From the NCBI GenBank assembly GCA_963841565.1, contig CAWJCY010000003.1, forward strand, positions 128,001 to 192,000: a DNA stretch of 64,000 nucleotides, written 5' to 3'. Numbering within the stretch: position 1 is the stretch's first letter; the number at the start of each line of letters is the position of its first letter. Origin of the DNA: an uncultured Nitrososphaerales archaeon (GTDB lineage: Archaea; Thermoproteota; Nitrososphaeria; Nitrososphaerales; Nitrososphaeraceae). This document shows positions 21,524 to 30,681 of the stretch, piece by piece. The notes under the pieces were generated by a model. The model had not been told where the DNA came from. It was given only the letters and a program-made list of their open reading frames with translations, and made no database searches. A program made the translations under genes and the position numbers.

Positions 21524-22525
21524 TTGAACTCTAGTGGAGAAATCAAGACAGGATTCAGCTTGGGGACTCTTCTTTCCATCGATGAGATTTTAAGATTTTC
21601 TCGTCTAGCAAATGGCTATAAGAATGTTCATTCTTTGTGGGTACCTGAAACCTGGGGACGGGAAGCCTTTAGTACACTAGGAGCGATTTCTCAGGTTGCC
21701 CACCAACCGAAATTAGGAACAGCAATACTCAATATCTATTCACGAACACCCTCTACGATAGCTATGGGCGGAATCACCCTTGATATCCTCTCAGGGAATC
21801 GAACTTTGATGGGATTAGGGGTAAGCACCAGTGCAATCATTGAGGATTGGCATGGCTTAGCCTTCAATAAACCACTTGCTAGAATGAGGGAAATGGTTGC
21901 TCTCCTTCGGCTCATTTGGATGGGAAATCAGGTATCATTCAAAGGCGATTTCTTTAGTGTTTCAAATTTCAAGCTTTTACATCCCCCTCCTCGGCGTTCT
22001 ATTCCTATATTTTTGGCCGCGGTAAATCCGCTAATGATAGCACTTTCTCTATCGGTCGCAGATGGCATACTGCTATACTTGAGACCCTTTAATGAATTGA
22101 GGTCCACAGTTCAAAAGATGAGGAGAGAAATCAGGAGGCCATTGGAATTGGCTTCAGTCTTCATATGCTCAATTTCTGATGAGCATCCTGATAGGGCGAG
22201 ATTGCGCGCAGCAAAGACTCTGGCGTTTTATGTTTCAGTGGGAGTATATTACAGGAAACTCATTTCAAACTCTGGGTTCGCAAATGAGACAGATACCATT
22301 GTTGAAGAGTACAACAAGAGAGGACTTGATGCTGCCTCCAGAATTGTTTCTGACAAATTCCTGGACGAAATTGCTATTTGCGGTGATTCCGAACAAGGCA
22401 GACGCTCCATGCAGAGATTTATCTCTGCAGGAATAACACTTCCTATATTACAAATTAATCCTGTAGAAGGAGACGACTCTCAGAAATCCTTCATCAAATT
22501 GTTGGAGACTTTTTCGAATGAATAA
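21524..22525 (+). CDS. LLM-class (Mer-like) F420-dependent oxidoreductase
   Basis: WVPETWG, LGTAILNIYSRTP, SGNRTLMGLG, ADGILL. Confidence 0.85.
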   Translation: MNSSGEIKTGFSLGTLLSIDEILRFSRLANGYKNVHSLWVPETWGREAFSTLGAISQVAHQPKLGTAILNIYSRTPSTIAMGGITLDILSGNRTLMGLGVSTSAIIEDWHGLAFNKPLARMREMVALLRLIWMGNQVSFKGDFFSVSNFKLLHPPPRRSIPIFLAAVNPLMIALSLSVADGILLYLRPFNELRSTVQKMRREIRRPLELASVFICSISDEHPDRARLRAAKTLAFYVSVGVYYRKLISNSGFANETDTIVEEYNKRGLDAASRIVSDKFLDEIAICGDSEQGRRSMQRFISAGITLPILQINPVEGDDSQKSFIKLLETFSNE

Positions 22526-23618
22526 AGTCGCCATCGTAGACTATGCAACTACCAAATTTCGTAAACTAACAGACAAATCCGTTTACGAATTGGCTTGTGA
22601 ACCATCTATGGAAATTTTGAGGTCCTCAAAAATAACAGCGAATAAGATAGAGGGCCTATTGTTTTCGAGCTGTTCGTATGATCTTTACGGTGGAGCAATT
22701 GCATCTGAAATGCTAGGTATTATTCCCAAAATAACATGTAGGATTGATAATCTTTGTAATTCCGGTACTGTCGCATTATCAGCTGCTTATTCCTACATTT
22801 CTTCAGGACTATGTAATTCGATTTTAGTAGTTGGTGCAGAGTCGCGTAACAGCCCTGGTTCCAAGCTCATCTGGGATGTATCAAGAGGCCATTTTACTTC
22901 CCCAATTTACTGGGCATCGGTTTTTGCCAGGATGCATATGCGAGAGTATGGGACCACTGAAGAAGATATGGCAGTCATAGCAGTCAAGAATAGATCATTG
23001 GCGGTACATAATCCGAATGCTATGTTCAACAAGCCAATTTCACTTGAAGATGTATTAAATTCTAGAAGGCTGGTTGATCCGATTAAGCTGTTAGATTGCG
23101 GTGCACTCTGCTCAGGGGCTGCTGGCCTGCTACTTGTTTCCGAGGATCTCGCCAGAAATCTTGATGTTCAACCTGTTTGGATAGACGGAATAGGACAGCA
23201 AACCAACTGTGCAAGCGTTGCACACGCTATTCCGGGGATATTTAAGAATGGATCAAGTAAATTGGCAGCGGCACATGCCTATGAAATGGCGAGAGTGAAA
23301 CCTGCGGATATTCAAGTGGCAGAAATTCATGATGCATTTACAATAATGGAAATCATGGCATATGAGGATTTGGGGTTTGCAAGAACAGGGAAAGGAGCTT
23401 CGTATGCCTTAGACGGAAATATTGCAACAAACCCCAGGGGTGGAATCCTTGGATCAGGTCATCCAATCGGCGCAACAGGTATTGCCCAAGTGTGCGAAAT
23501 AGTATCTCAGTTAAGGCATGAGGCAGGAATACGTCAGGCAGGTAGTTGTAACGTAGGATTGGTCCATAACCTTGCAGCAGCAGGAACTTCAGCAACAATA
23601 ATGATCCTACGTTCGTGA
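22518..23618 (+). CDS. Thiolase (SCP2-type, archaeal acetyl-CoA acetyltransferase family)
   Basis: NLCNSG (catalytic Cys), EIHDAF, GHPIGATG. Confidence 0.9.
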   Translation: MNKVAIVDYATTKFRKLTDKSVYELACEPSMEILRSSKITANKIEGLLFSSCSYDLYGGAIASEMLGIIPKITCRIDNLCNSGTVALSAAYSYISSGLCNSILVVGAESRNSPGSKLIWDVSRGHFTSPIYWASVFARMHMREYGTTEEDMAVIAVKNRSLAVHNPNAMFNKPISLEDVLNSRRLVDPIKLLDCGALCSGAAGLLLVSEDLARNLDVQPVWIDGIGQQTNCASVAHAIPGIFKNGSSKLAAAHAYEMARVKPADIQVAEIHDAFTIMEIMAYEDLGFARTGKGASYALDGNIATNPRGGILGSGHPIGATGIAQVCEIVSQLRHEAGIRQAGSCNVGLVHNLAAAGTSATIMILRS

Positions 23619-23636
23619 TATTTGGAGTAGTCTTTA

Positions 23637-24002
23637 ATGCGACGTTTTATGAATCAACTAAAAAATGGCATTTTTGTAATTTCTTATTGTACAGCGTGCA
23701 AAAAGAAAATTTGGCCACCGTATGAACATTGTCCTAACTGCTACCGAAGAACATCAACGGTACATGCTGGCAAATTCGGAAGGATAGTAGAATTTAGCAG
23801 ATCCTGGCTAGAGGAAGGCGAAGTAATCGTAGCACTAATAGATATGGATGGGATCTTGTTGTTTGGTTCTGTATTAGAAGGATCACGGATCACTATTGGG
23901 ACAGCGGTCGAATTAGTAGCGACAGGAGCATCTCCAGATGGAAAGATTCATTTCAGTTTCAGAACACTTGATCGGTTTGATTCATATACGATGAATAAAT
24001 AA
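23637..24002 (+). CDS. DUF35 Zn-ribbon/OB-fold protein (thiolase partner)
   Basis: CTAC...PP...CPNC followed by OB-like strands; directly after thiolase. Confidence 0.8.
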   Translation: MRRFMNQLKNGIFVISYCTACKKKIWPPYEHCPNCYRRTSTVHAGKFGRIVEFSRSWLEEGEVIVALIDMDGILLFGSVLEGSRITIGTAVELVATGASPDGKIHFSFRTLDRFDSYTMNK

Positions 24003-24379
24003 TGTATCTAAATCGAGTTATGAGTTACGATAGATTTGTCGATGATCGACTCCTTACCAGTAGAGACGCTCTCAATACTACTCAAATGAAACTCAAATTA
24101 ATGGAAATCGATGAAGGAGCCAGAGATTTCTCCCAACGGTTCGGGAGGAGAGTTCTAGTTAAAAAAGTTCTTCTCACGATGAAGTATTCGAAAACAGAGG
24201 AGGTAGAAGAAGTAGAATTGGATCTCGAGTTACTTGAGAACAAACTGAGAAAGGAGCGACTATTCTCTTCCTCCAACAGATGGGTATCATCGAATGAAAT
24301 AAAGAATGGGTACATTATTGCGAATCGACATCTTGATTTGCTTGCAGATGCGATAGCATTGGACATAATATCCTTCTGA
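24002..24379 (+). CDS. Hypothetical protein
   Basis: 125-aa ORF coupled to the previous gene (TAATG overlap); no recognised motif. Confidence 0.7.
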   Translation: MYLNRVMSYDRFVDDRLLTSRDALNTTQMKLKLMEIDEGARDFSQRFGRRVLVKKVLLTMKYSKTEEVEEVELDLELLENKLRKERLFSSSNRWVSSNEIKNGYIIANRHLDLLADAIALDIISF

Positions 24380-24414
24380 CGTTATTGGACATCTGATTAA
24401 GATAATCATCAAAG

Positions 24415-24524
24415 CGCCGCTGATCAGACTCGAACTGATGACCCACTGGTTAACAGCCAGCTAAGCTCCAGAGGAGTTTTCCAAACCACGCTAGAATTGC
24501 TCTACCATGCTGAGCTACAGCGGC
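24415..24524 (-). tRNA. tRNA-Asn(GUU) with 36-nt non-canonical intron at position 27/28 (intron 24461-24496)
   Basis: Acceptor GCCGCTG/CAGCGGC, D-arm, loop CTGTTAA, T-arm ATCAG-TTCGAGT-CTGAT; removing the intron restores the stem ACTGG/CCAGT; BHB-like junction. Confidence 0.92.
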
Positions 24525-24856
24525 GCAATATTGCAAAACATTATTGGACAAATTAAATGTTGTGTTGGACTACCAGAGAAAATTCGTCAGCTCTCCAAAA
24601 GGGTTAATCAATCTGAATAGAGTCAGATAATCCCTACTTGCTGTCATAGAATGGACCCATGATATGAACTGTGTTCAAATTGTCATAACATAAGTCAGTC
24701 AGAATAGATGGCGTAATTTATCGGTTGTTGGTAGGGGTTATAGCCACCAAATTGTGGAGTTGTTAATAGCAGAATAGCCTCCTACACTGTAATCTAATAG
24801 CTGAATTGTGCTAACAGAAAGGCTCCAAGGATATAGTTTGGTCCTGCCTTATTTGA

Positions 24857-25002
24857 CGAATTTCGTATATAGTCTGATAATCACTGACAGTTCAGAAAAG
24901 GACCCATTTCTGAATCGTTCAATTAAGAGAACGCTTTTTTTACTCTTAACAGCTGGCAAAATTGGGGCTTCGTTTGAAAAAGTGGGAGATACCCTTTTTG
25001 AA
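24857..25002. repeat. Cluster of dyad repeats upstream of serine recombinase (possible res/operator site)
   Basis: ACGAA-t-TTCGT (24857-67); TTCAGAAA-N8-TTTCTGAA (24891-914); TTAAGAG-N13-CTCTTAA (24923-49); AAAAAG-N11-CTTTTT (24977-99). Confidence 0.5.
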
Positions 25003-25068
25003 TATTTTGTCTTGGAAGGTTGACAATTTGTTTAATTAACCTCATAAATGGTTTGCTTTAGTGAAGTC

Positions 25069-25656
25069 ATGTATGCATTCGCCTACCTAAGGGTAAGTAC
25101 CGAAGAACAGACTGTCATGAATCAGAAACTTGTTCTAGACAAATGGGCTTCAGACCATGATTTTGACATACTTTCGTATTTCGAAGACTCGTCGGTAAGT
25201 GGAAGAATTCCAGCAATTCGGAGGCGTGCATTCAGGGATATGCTTGAGATCATTAAAGCAGAATCCGTAGATGCCATATTAGTATATGAACTTTCCAGGG
25301 TAGGGAGAACTTTCTGGGATACGCTTGACGCGATAAAAGCCATTGAAGAATATGCTCCGTTGATTTCTTGTTCACCAAGGGAAACCTTCCTTCAGAGCAC
25401 AGAACCAAGTGTCAGAAAGCTGATGATCGGCATACTCACTTGGGTAGCAGAAAGAGAGCGAGAAATGCTGGTCCAACGAACCAAAGATGGAATGAAGAGG
25501 GCTAAGGAATCCGGCAAAAGTATTGGAAGGCCCCAGGTAATGATAGATAAGAACATACTAGTCAAACTGCTTGCGGACAACGCTCCCCGCGCTAGAATTG
25601 CGAAGGACCTAGGGATTTCAAAAGCAACGTTATATAAGGAATTACGACAAATGTAG
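25069..25656 (+). CDS. Serine recombinase, resolvase/invertase type with C-terminal HTH (start refined from 25048)
   Basis: YLRVSTEEQ (catalytic Ser), SG, LSRVGR, AEREREMLVQRTKDG..RAK..GK.IGRP, HTH IAKDLGISKATLY. Confidence 0.92.
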   Translation: MYAFAYLRVSTEEQTVMNQKLVLDKWASDHDFDILSYFEDSSVSGRIPAIRRRAFRDMLEIIKAESVDAILVYELSRVGRTFWDTLDAIKAIEEYAPLISCSPRETFLQSTEPSVRKLMIGILTWVAEREREMLVQRTKDGMKRAKESGKSIGRPQVMIDKNILVKLLADNAPRARIAKDLGISKATLYKELRQM

Positions 25657-25695
25657 TGAAAATTTCTATAATGGATTATCACTTTGACACTTTTT

Positions 25696-27024
25696 TTAGA
25701 GCAAACGCTCGACTTTCTCAATAATGAATCGTATAACGCTTAGTATGTACTCCAGATTTTTCCTGTCAATAGCAAGTGGTGGGATCAAGACAACTGTCTT
25801 TCCCAGCGGCCTTAAATAAACCCCAGAGTTTAGCGCATGTTTGAAAATGAAAGAATCGACAGGTTCGCCTGTTTTCTTTCTTATTGCCTCTACACCTCGT
25901 TTAGAGATATCTAAACCGGCGAGCATTCCTTTATGTCGCACGTTGATTACAGCTGCAGAATTCTGAAACTCATCCAATTTCTTCCTTATGTATCTTGATT
26001 TCAGAGAAATATCCCGCATTAGACCTCTTTTTCTATAAAGTTTCAAATTGGCAATAGCAGTTGCGCAGCCGATAGGATGTCCGCAAAATGTGTGACCATG
26101 ATATAGTTTAGCTCCCCTATCAAGGAACGATCGAAATATTTCAGAGTTCGTTAGAGTGACCGCTAATGGCGTGTACCCTGCAGTCAAGGCTTTACCGAAA
26201 CAGACGATATCTGGAATTGAACCTTGTTTCAAATATTCTATCATATTTCCAAGCCTACCGAATCCTGTGGCAATCTCATCCAAAATGAGAAGAACCCCAT
26301 ACTTAGTACATAAATCAGCTATTCCCTTTTGATATCCTTGTGGGTAAATTCTTATCCCACCAGCAATTTGAGCGCCGCTCTCCATTACTATTGCGCAGGT
26401 CTTCGCAGAAACTTTCTTCAGACGCGATTCGGTTTCCTCAAGTATCTCATCTAATTCGGATACAGGCTCGCCCAACTTTAGAGAAGGGTTCGGAAATCGA
26501 GTCACCCTCTGCAATAGTGGTCTGTAGGCGGAAAAGTATCGCGGAACATAACCCACAGACATCGCCCCGATTGTGTCGCCGTGATAACCATTCTGAAGGG
26601 AGACAAAATGTCTCTTTTCCGGCCTGCCCCTATTATTATAATATTGTATGGCCATCTTCATTGCAACTTCTACTGCGGTAGAACCATTATCGGAATAGAA
26701 AATGTGTTCCATCCCTTTAGATAATCTTAATAATTCTACGGAAAGTTCTATGGAAGGTTTATTTGCTAGACTAAAAAGACTGGAGTGTTGAAGTGAATTG
26801 ATTTGTTTTTTCATCTCCCTGATGATCTCTTTTTCCCCGTGGCCCCAAACATTACACCACATACTTGCGACACCGTCGAGGTATTTTCGACCTTCCGAAT
26901 CTATAAGATAGAACCCCCTTCCTTTGGTTATTATTTTGGTCGTTGAGCTATCCCATTTGTTCATATCTGCATATGGATACCAAATGTGATGTTTACTGAT
27001 AAGAGCCATATTGAAATAAAGCAA
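25696..27024 (-). CDS. bioA: DAPA aminotransferase
   Basis: HIWYPY, SDNGSTAVEVAMKMA, YHGDTIGAMS, DEIATGFGR, GKALTAGY, HGHTFCGHP. Confidence 0.95.
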   Translation of the reverse strand: MLYFNMALISKHHIWYPYADMNKWDSSTTKIITKGRGFYLIDSEGRKYLDGVASMWCNVWGHGEKEIIREMKKQINSLQHSSLFSLANKPSIELSVELLRLSKGMEHIFYSDNGSTAVEVAMKMAIQYYNNRGRPEKRHFVSLQNGYHGDTIGAMSVGYVPRYFSAYRPLLQRVTRFPNPSLKLGEPVSELDEILEETESRLKKVSAKTCAIVMESGAQIAGGIRIYPQGYQKGIADLCTKYGVLLILDEIATGFGRLGNMIEYLKQGSIPDIVCFGKALTAGYTPLAVTLTNSEIFRSFLDRGAKLYHGHTFCGHPIGCATAIANLKLYRKRGLMRDISLKSRYIRKKLDEFQNSAAVINVRHKGMLAGLDISKRGVEAIRKKTGEPVDSFIFKHALNSGVYLRPLGKTVVLIPPLAIDRKNLEYILSVIRFIIEKVERLL

Positions 27025-27046
27025 ACTCCATCACTATTAAATTTCT

Positions 27047-27739
27047 GTGAAAGGACTATTTGTCACTGGAACCGATACTAATATTGGAAAGACATTCATA
27101 TCCTGCTTGATAACGAATGTCCTAAAAGAACACGGTGTTGACGTAGGAGTAATGAAACCATTTGCCACGTCGCATAAGCGATACTCTACAACGTTTGGTT
27201 CTGAAGATGCGTGGAGACTTTCTCGAGCTGCCAAGGTAGTTGATCCCTATGATTTGATAAATCCCTATTTCTATCAAATTGGAACAGCCCCTTTTCTAGC
27301 TGCAACTATGAGCGGAAAGCCTACTCCCAACTTAGGTTCAGCAGTCAAAAAATTGCAAAGACTGTCAACGCAACACGAGTTTCTTGTGGTGGAAGGAATT
27401 GGAGGGGTTATGGTGCCTATCTCTAGGAAGAAGACTATCTTAGATTTTATCAAGATGGTTGGATTTCCTGCTATTATTGTGACGTCGCCCAAACTTGGTA
27501 CTATAAACCATACATTACTCACTTTCCAAGCTTGTCTTAATAGGAAAATTCGAGTAGATGCAATAATCATTAATAGGAAACCCGAAAGACCTTCTAAGGT
27601 ACAACGCCATCTCCCATCGTTACTTTCTTCACTAACGGGCGTAAAGAGAGTAATTGAAATCCCAAGAATTCGTAACAGTTACGCTTTAAAAAACATTGAA
27701 AAATTAATTGCACGAGATCTTTTAGCTATTAAGAAGTAA
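27047..27739 (+). CDS. bioD: Dethiobiotin synthetase
   Basis: FVTGTDTNIGKT, VEGIGG, LGTINHTLLT. Confidence 0.95.
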   Translation: MKGLFVTGTDTNIGKTFISCLITNVLKEHGVDVGVMKPFATSHKRYSTTFGSEDAWRLSRAAKVVDPYDLINPYFYQIGTAPFLAATMSGKPTPNLGSAVKKLQRLSTQHEFLVVEGIGGVMVPISRKKTILDFIKMVGFPAIIVTSPKLGTINHTLLTFQACLNRKIRVDAIIINRKPERPSKVQRHLPSLLSSLTGVKRVIEIPRIRNSYALKNIEKLIARDLLAIKK

Positions 27740-28001
27740 ATAGACTACTTGGCTCTTGGAAAATAGTATCTTTCAAAATTCGATATTTGAAATATCATTG
27801 GGTGCTAGGATTGGATTTTATGAAAGATCGGTCAACGACAATTATTAAGATTTGTACACATAGATATTCAATTTCATTAATTGATAGCTATTATTGAGCT
27901 TGAAGAGCTCTAAACCTACCTGCCTTGAACTTCTTCTACCTATTCGTCCAGTGAACGATATTTCTAATTCCGAATTCTGAAATATGAAACGAAACATGTC
28001 T

Positions 28002-29201
28002 CTATATCAATTTCAATTTGACAGCTGCATATCTAATCGCGTCCACAGCATTCCAGATATTAGATAAAGTATGTAAGGCTGACATGCTAATTCTAATTCT
28101 CGACGAACCCTTCTCGACCGTAGGAAATCTTATCGGTTGGATTAAGATACCTTTTCTTAACAATAAATTAGAAAACCTGATAGCATTCTTTTCAGAGCCT
28201 ATTAAGATCGGTATGATTTGAGTTCGAGGCTGGTTAGCAATTAGACCAATCTTGTAAAGCTCTTCGCCGAAAAGCTCTATGTTCCGGAACAATTTATTCT
28301 GCAGATTACCTCTTTCTACAATCCCTATTGCAGTCATTGCTGAAGTGCATAGATGGCTAGGGATAGAAGATGTATATATAAACTGTCTAGATTTGTTTAT
28401 CAATAGTTCTCGCAATTGCCTTGAAGTGGCAACGTATCCTCCAAAACATCCTAACGCTTTGCTCAGGCTACTAGTATGAATATCAACTTTCGAGTTGACC
28501 CCAAAATACGAAGGGGTTCCTGAATATGAACGATCTCTATGACTTCCGAATATGAAATCACCATGGGCGTCGTCCACAATCAAGAACGCCTCATGTGAAT
28601 GACAGATATCGCACATTCTCTTTAAATTTGCAAAATCTCCATCCATACTAAACACGCCCTCGGTGATCACTATCTTTCGTGGAGCACCCTTGATCAATTC
28701 AATTTTATGTTCAAGATCATGAATGTCATTGTGTCTAAAAATCCTGATCTCAGCACCACTTAATCGACATCCATCTATTATACTTGCGTGGTTAAGCTCG
28801 TCACTGAAAATGACACAATTCTTACCTCCTAAAGCCGTGATGGCGCCAAGATTTGCCATATACCCTGTAGGAAACACCAGTGCCGTCTGTGTCTTGCGGT
28901 GAATGGCCAGCTTTTTCTCGAGACGCTCCAATTCAGGTGTATTTCCTGTAATGAGCCTCGAGCTGCAGGGAGAAACCTGCCTTAGAGATTTCTTGGCGGA
29001 TTGCACTACGTCATTCTGGGTGGAGAGGCCCAAATAATCATTGGAACAAAAGTTCAAAACATTGTTTTGATAGTTATGTCTAATTCTTACTGACCCCTTA
29101 ATACCATGGTCTATATTTAGGCTTCGGTAAAGATCACAGGATCTTAAGTAGTCAAGATCCTTTTTCACAAAACCGTAATGGTTACCCTTGGTTGATACCA
29201 A
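28002..29201 (-). CDS. bioF: 8-amino-7-oxononanoate synthase
   Basis: FCSNDYLGL, SDELNHASIIDG, EGVFSMDGD, DDAHG, SLSKALG. Confidence 0.93.
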   Translation of the reverse strand: MVSTKGNHYGFVKKDLDYLRSCDLYRSLNIDHGIKGSVRIRHNYQNNVLNFCSNDYLGLSTQNDVVQSAKKSLRQVSPCSSRLITGNTPELERLEKKLAIHRKTQTALVFPTGYMANLGAITALGGKNCVIFSDELNHASIIDGCRLSGAEIRIFRHNDIHDLEHKIELIKGAPRKIVITEGVFSMDGDFANLKRMCDICHSHEAFLIVDDAHGDFIFGSHRDRSYSGTPSYFGVNSKVDIHTSSLSKALGCFGGYVATSRQLRELLINKSRQFIYTSSIPSHLCTSAMTAIGIVERGNLQNKLFRNIELFGEELYKIGLIANQPRTQIIPILIGSEKNAIRFSNLLLRKGILIQPIRFPTVEKGSSRIRISMSALHTLSNIWNAVDAIRYAAVKLKLI

Positions 29202-30162
29202 TATCCTGAATCATTTGTATATCTCTACTTGGATCGTTACCATTTGTAGTCAAATATCCTCCTGTAATTATGCCGTTCGCTCCTGCTCTTAACGCTAAAT
29301 TGTCGTCGTCTCTAAAATATACTTCCCTTCCTGCAGCAATCTTGATAATCGGCGTTGGCATTAAGAATCTCCACACAGCGATTGTTTTGATTGCATCGAT
29401 AGGACTGACGCCATGAAGGGTTTCAAAAGGAGTCCCTGACTTGGGTATCAGAATGTTAATTGGCACCTCGTTAGGTGATAAATCTCTGATGGAATACGCA
29501 AGCTCTAATCTCTGCTTTGTGGTTTCGCCCATGCCTATAATACCCCCACAACATAACTCAAGGCCGGCTTCTTTAACTATGCGTGCTGTATTCACTCTAT
29601 CTGAAAAATCGTGAGTCCTACATATTTGAGAAAAATAGGTCTCAGCTGTTTCTAGGTTGTGATTATATCTCTTTACTCCAATCATTTTTAAACGTTCAGC
29701 CCGTTCCTTCGTCATGAAGCCTAAAGAAACATTTACATCAATCTCTAAATATTCCTTTATATATTGTATTATACCACATATATAATTAAAATCGTTTTCG
29801 GGTGGCGATCTGTATGCACACACCAAACAAAAGCTATTTGCGCCAGATTCCTTGGCCCTTTGGGCTCGTCCTAGGACCGTCTCTTTTGTAAGTAACGGAT
29901 ACTTGTTAATTTTGCTTTCATAAAAAGACGATTGAGCACAAAAAGAACAGTCCTCTGGACAACTGCCAGACTTTGCATTAAGCAGCATTTCCACATCTAT
30001 CTGATCCTCACTAAATTTTCGAGCTATTCTATTAGCAGATTCTGCTAAAATTTGGATGTCAGTAGTCTTGAGGAGTCGCTCAGCTTCAGTAAGTCGTATT
30101 TCAAACCCTGAATTGACCTTATTCTCCATTTCAGCTATGAACTCGGCGTCGTCCGCCATCAA
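29182..30162 (-). CDS. bioB: Biotin synthase
   Basis: CPEDCSFCAQS radical-SAM motif, YNHNLET, CCGGIIGMGE, GYLTT. Confidence 0.96.
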   Translation of the reverse strand: MMADDAEFIAEMENKVNSGFEIRLTEAERLLKTTDIQILAESANRIARKFSEDQIDVEMLLNAKSGSCPEDCSFCAQSSFYESKINKYPLLTKETVLGRAQRAKESGANSFCLVCAYRSPPENDFNYICGIIQYIKEYLEIDVNVSLGFMTKERAERLKMIGVKRYNHNLETAETYFSQICRTHDFSDRVNTARIVKEAGLELCCGGIIGMGETTKQRLELAYSIRDLSPNEVPINILIPKSGTPFETLHGVSPIDAIKTIAVWRFLMPTPIIKIAAGREVYFRDDDNLALRAGANGIITGGYLTTNGNDPSRDIQMIQDIGINQG

Positions 30163-30277
30163 TCTATGGAAGAATACTGAATCATATAATTAACTTTCGG
30201 ATTCATTTGTACATCACAAAACCTTTCAAAATACGAAATTTGAAAGATTTTTATATTTTTCTATTGTAAGAAAAACA

Positions 30278-30601
30278 ATGAGAGAAATCCGACTAGATCT
30301 TGAACTTTCAGATAAAGAGTATGCTGAGATATCAAAATACGCCAAATCGCTACCACCCCCAATGCTACTTTTCGGGTTAAGATTTGCATATAGAAGATTC
30401 ATGGCCGTTTCTGGAGGGTACTTGTTTCCTGGGAGAAAGAGTATCGTTAAAAGAGAAACCCACATGATTACCAAAGTACAAGCTACACGTCGACTTAAAG
30501 GTTGGAAATCGATGATAAGAATATATCGAGAGAAAGGCTATAGCTATCCAACTATTTCTAGAATAAAGAAACAGTTAATCAACCTAGCTGAAGACAGCTG
30601 A
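30278..30601 (+). CDS. Hypothetical basic protein
   Basis: 107-aa ORF with ATG, divergent from bioB; no recognised motif. Confidence 0.65.
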   Translation: MREIRLDLELSDKEYAEISKYAKSLPPPMLLFGLRFAYRRFMAVSGGYLFPGRKSIVKRETHMITKVQATRRLKGWKSMIRIYREKGYSYPTISRIKKQLINLAEDS

Positions 30602-30681
30602 TTTCCGGTTTCAACTCGAATTGTTGAGAACGCCTCAATTCAGTCTTTAGATTTTGATGGAATATCGAACCGGATTTCTCG

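Noticed and set aside
24808-25023. 71-aa ORF upstream of the recombinase
   Set aside because: No recognisable features; it overlaps the dyad-rich putative regulatory region
24525-30601. Integrated element at tRNA-Asn carrying the recombinase and bio genes
   Set aside because: The recombinase lies on the tRNA 5' side, no duplicated tRNA 3' end (att) was seen, and the neighbours are housekeeping genes
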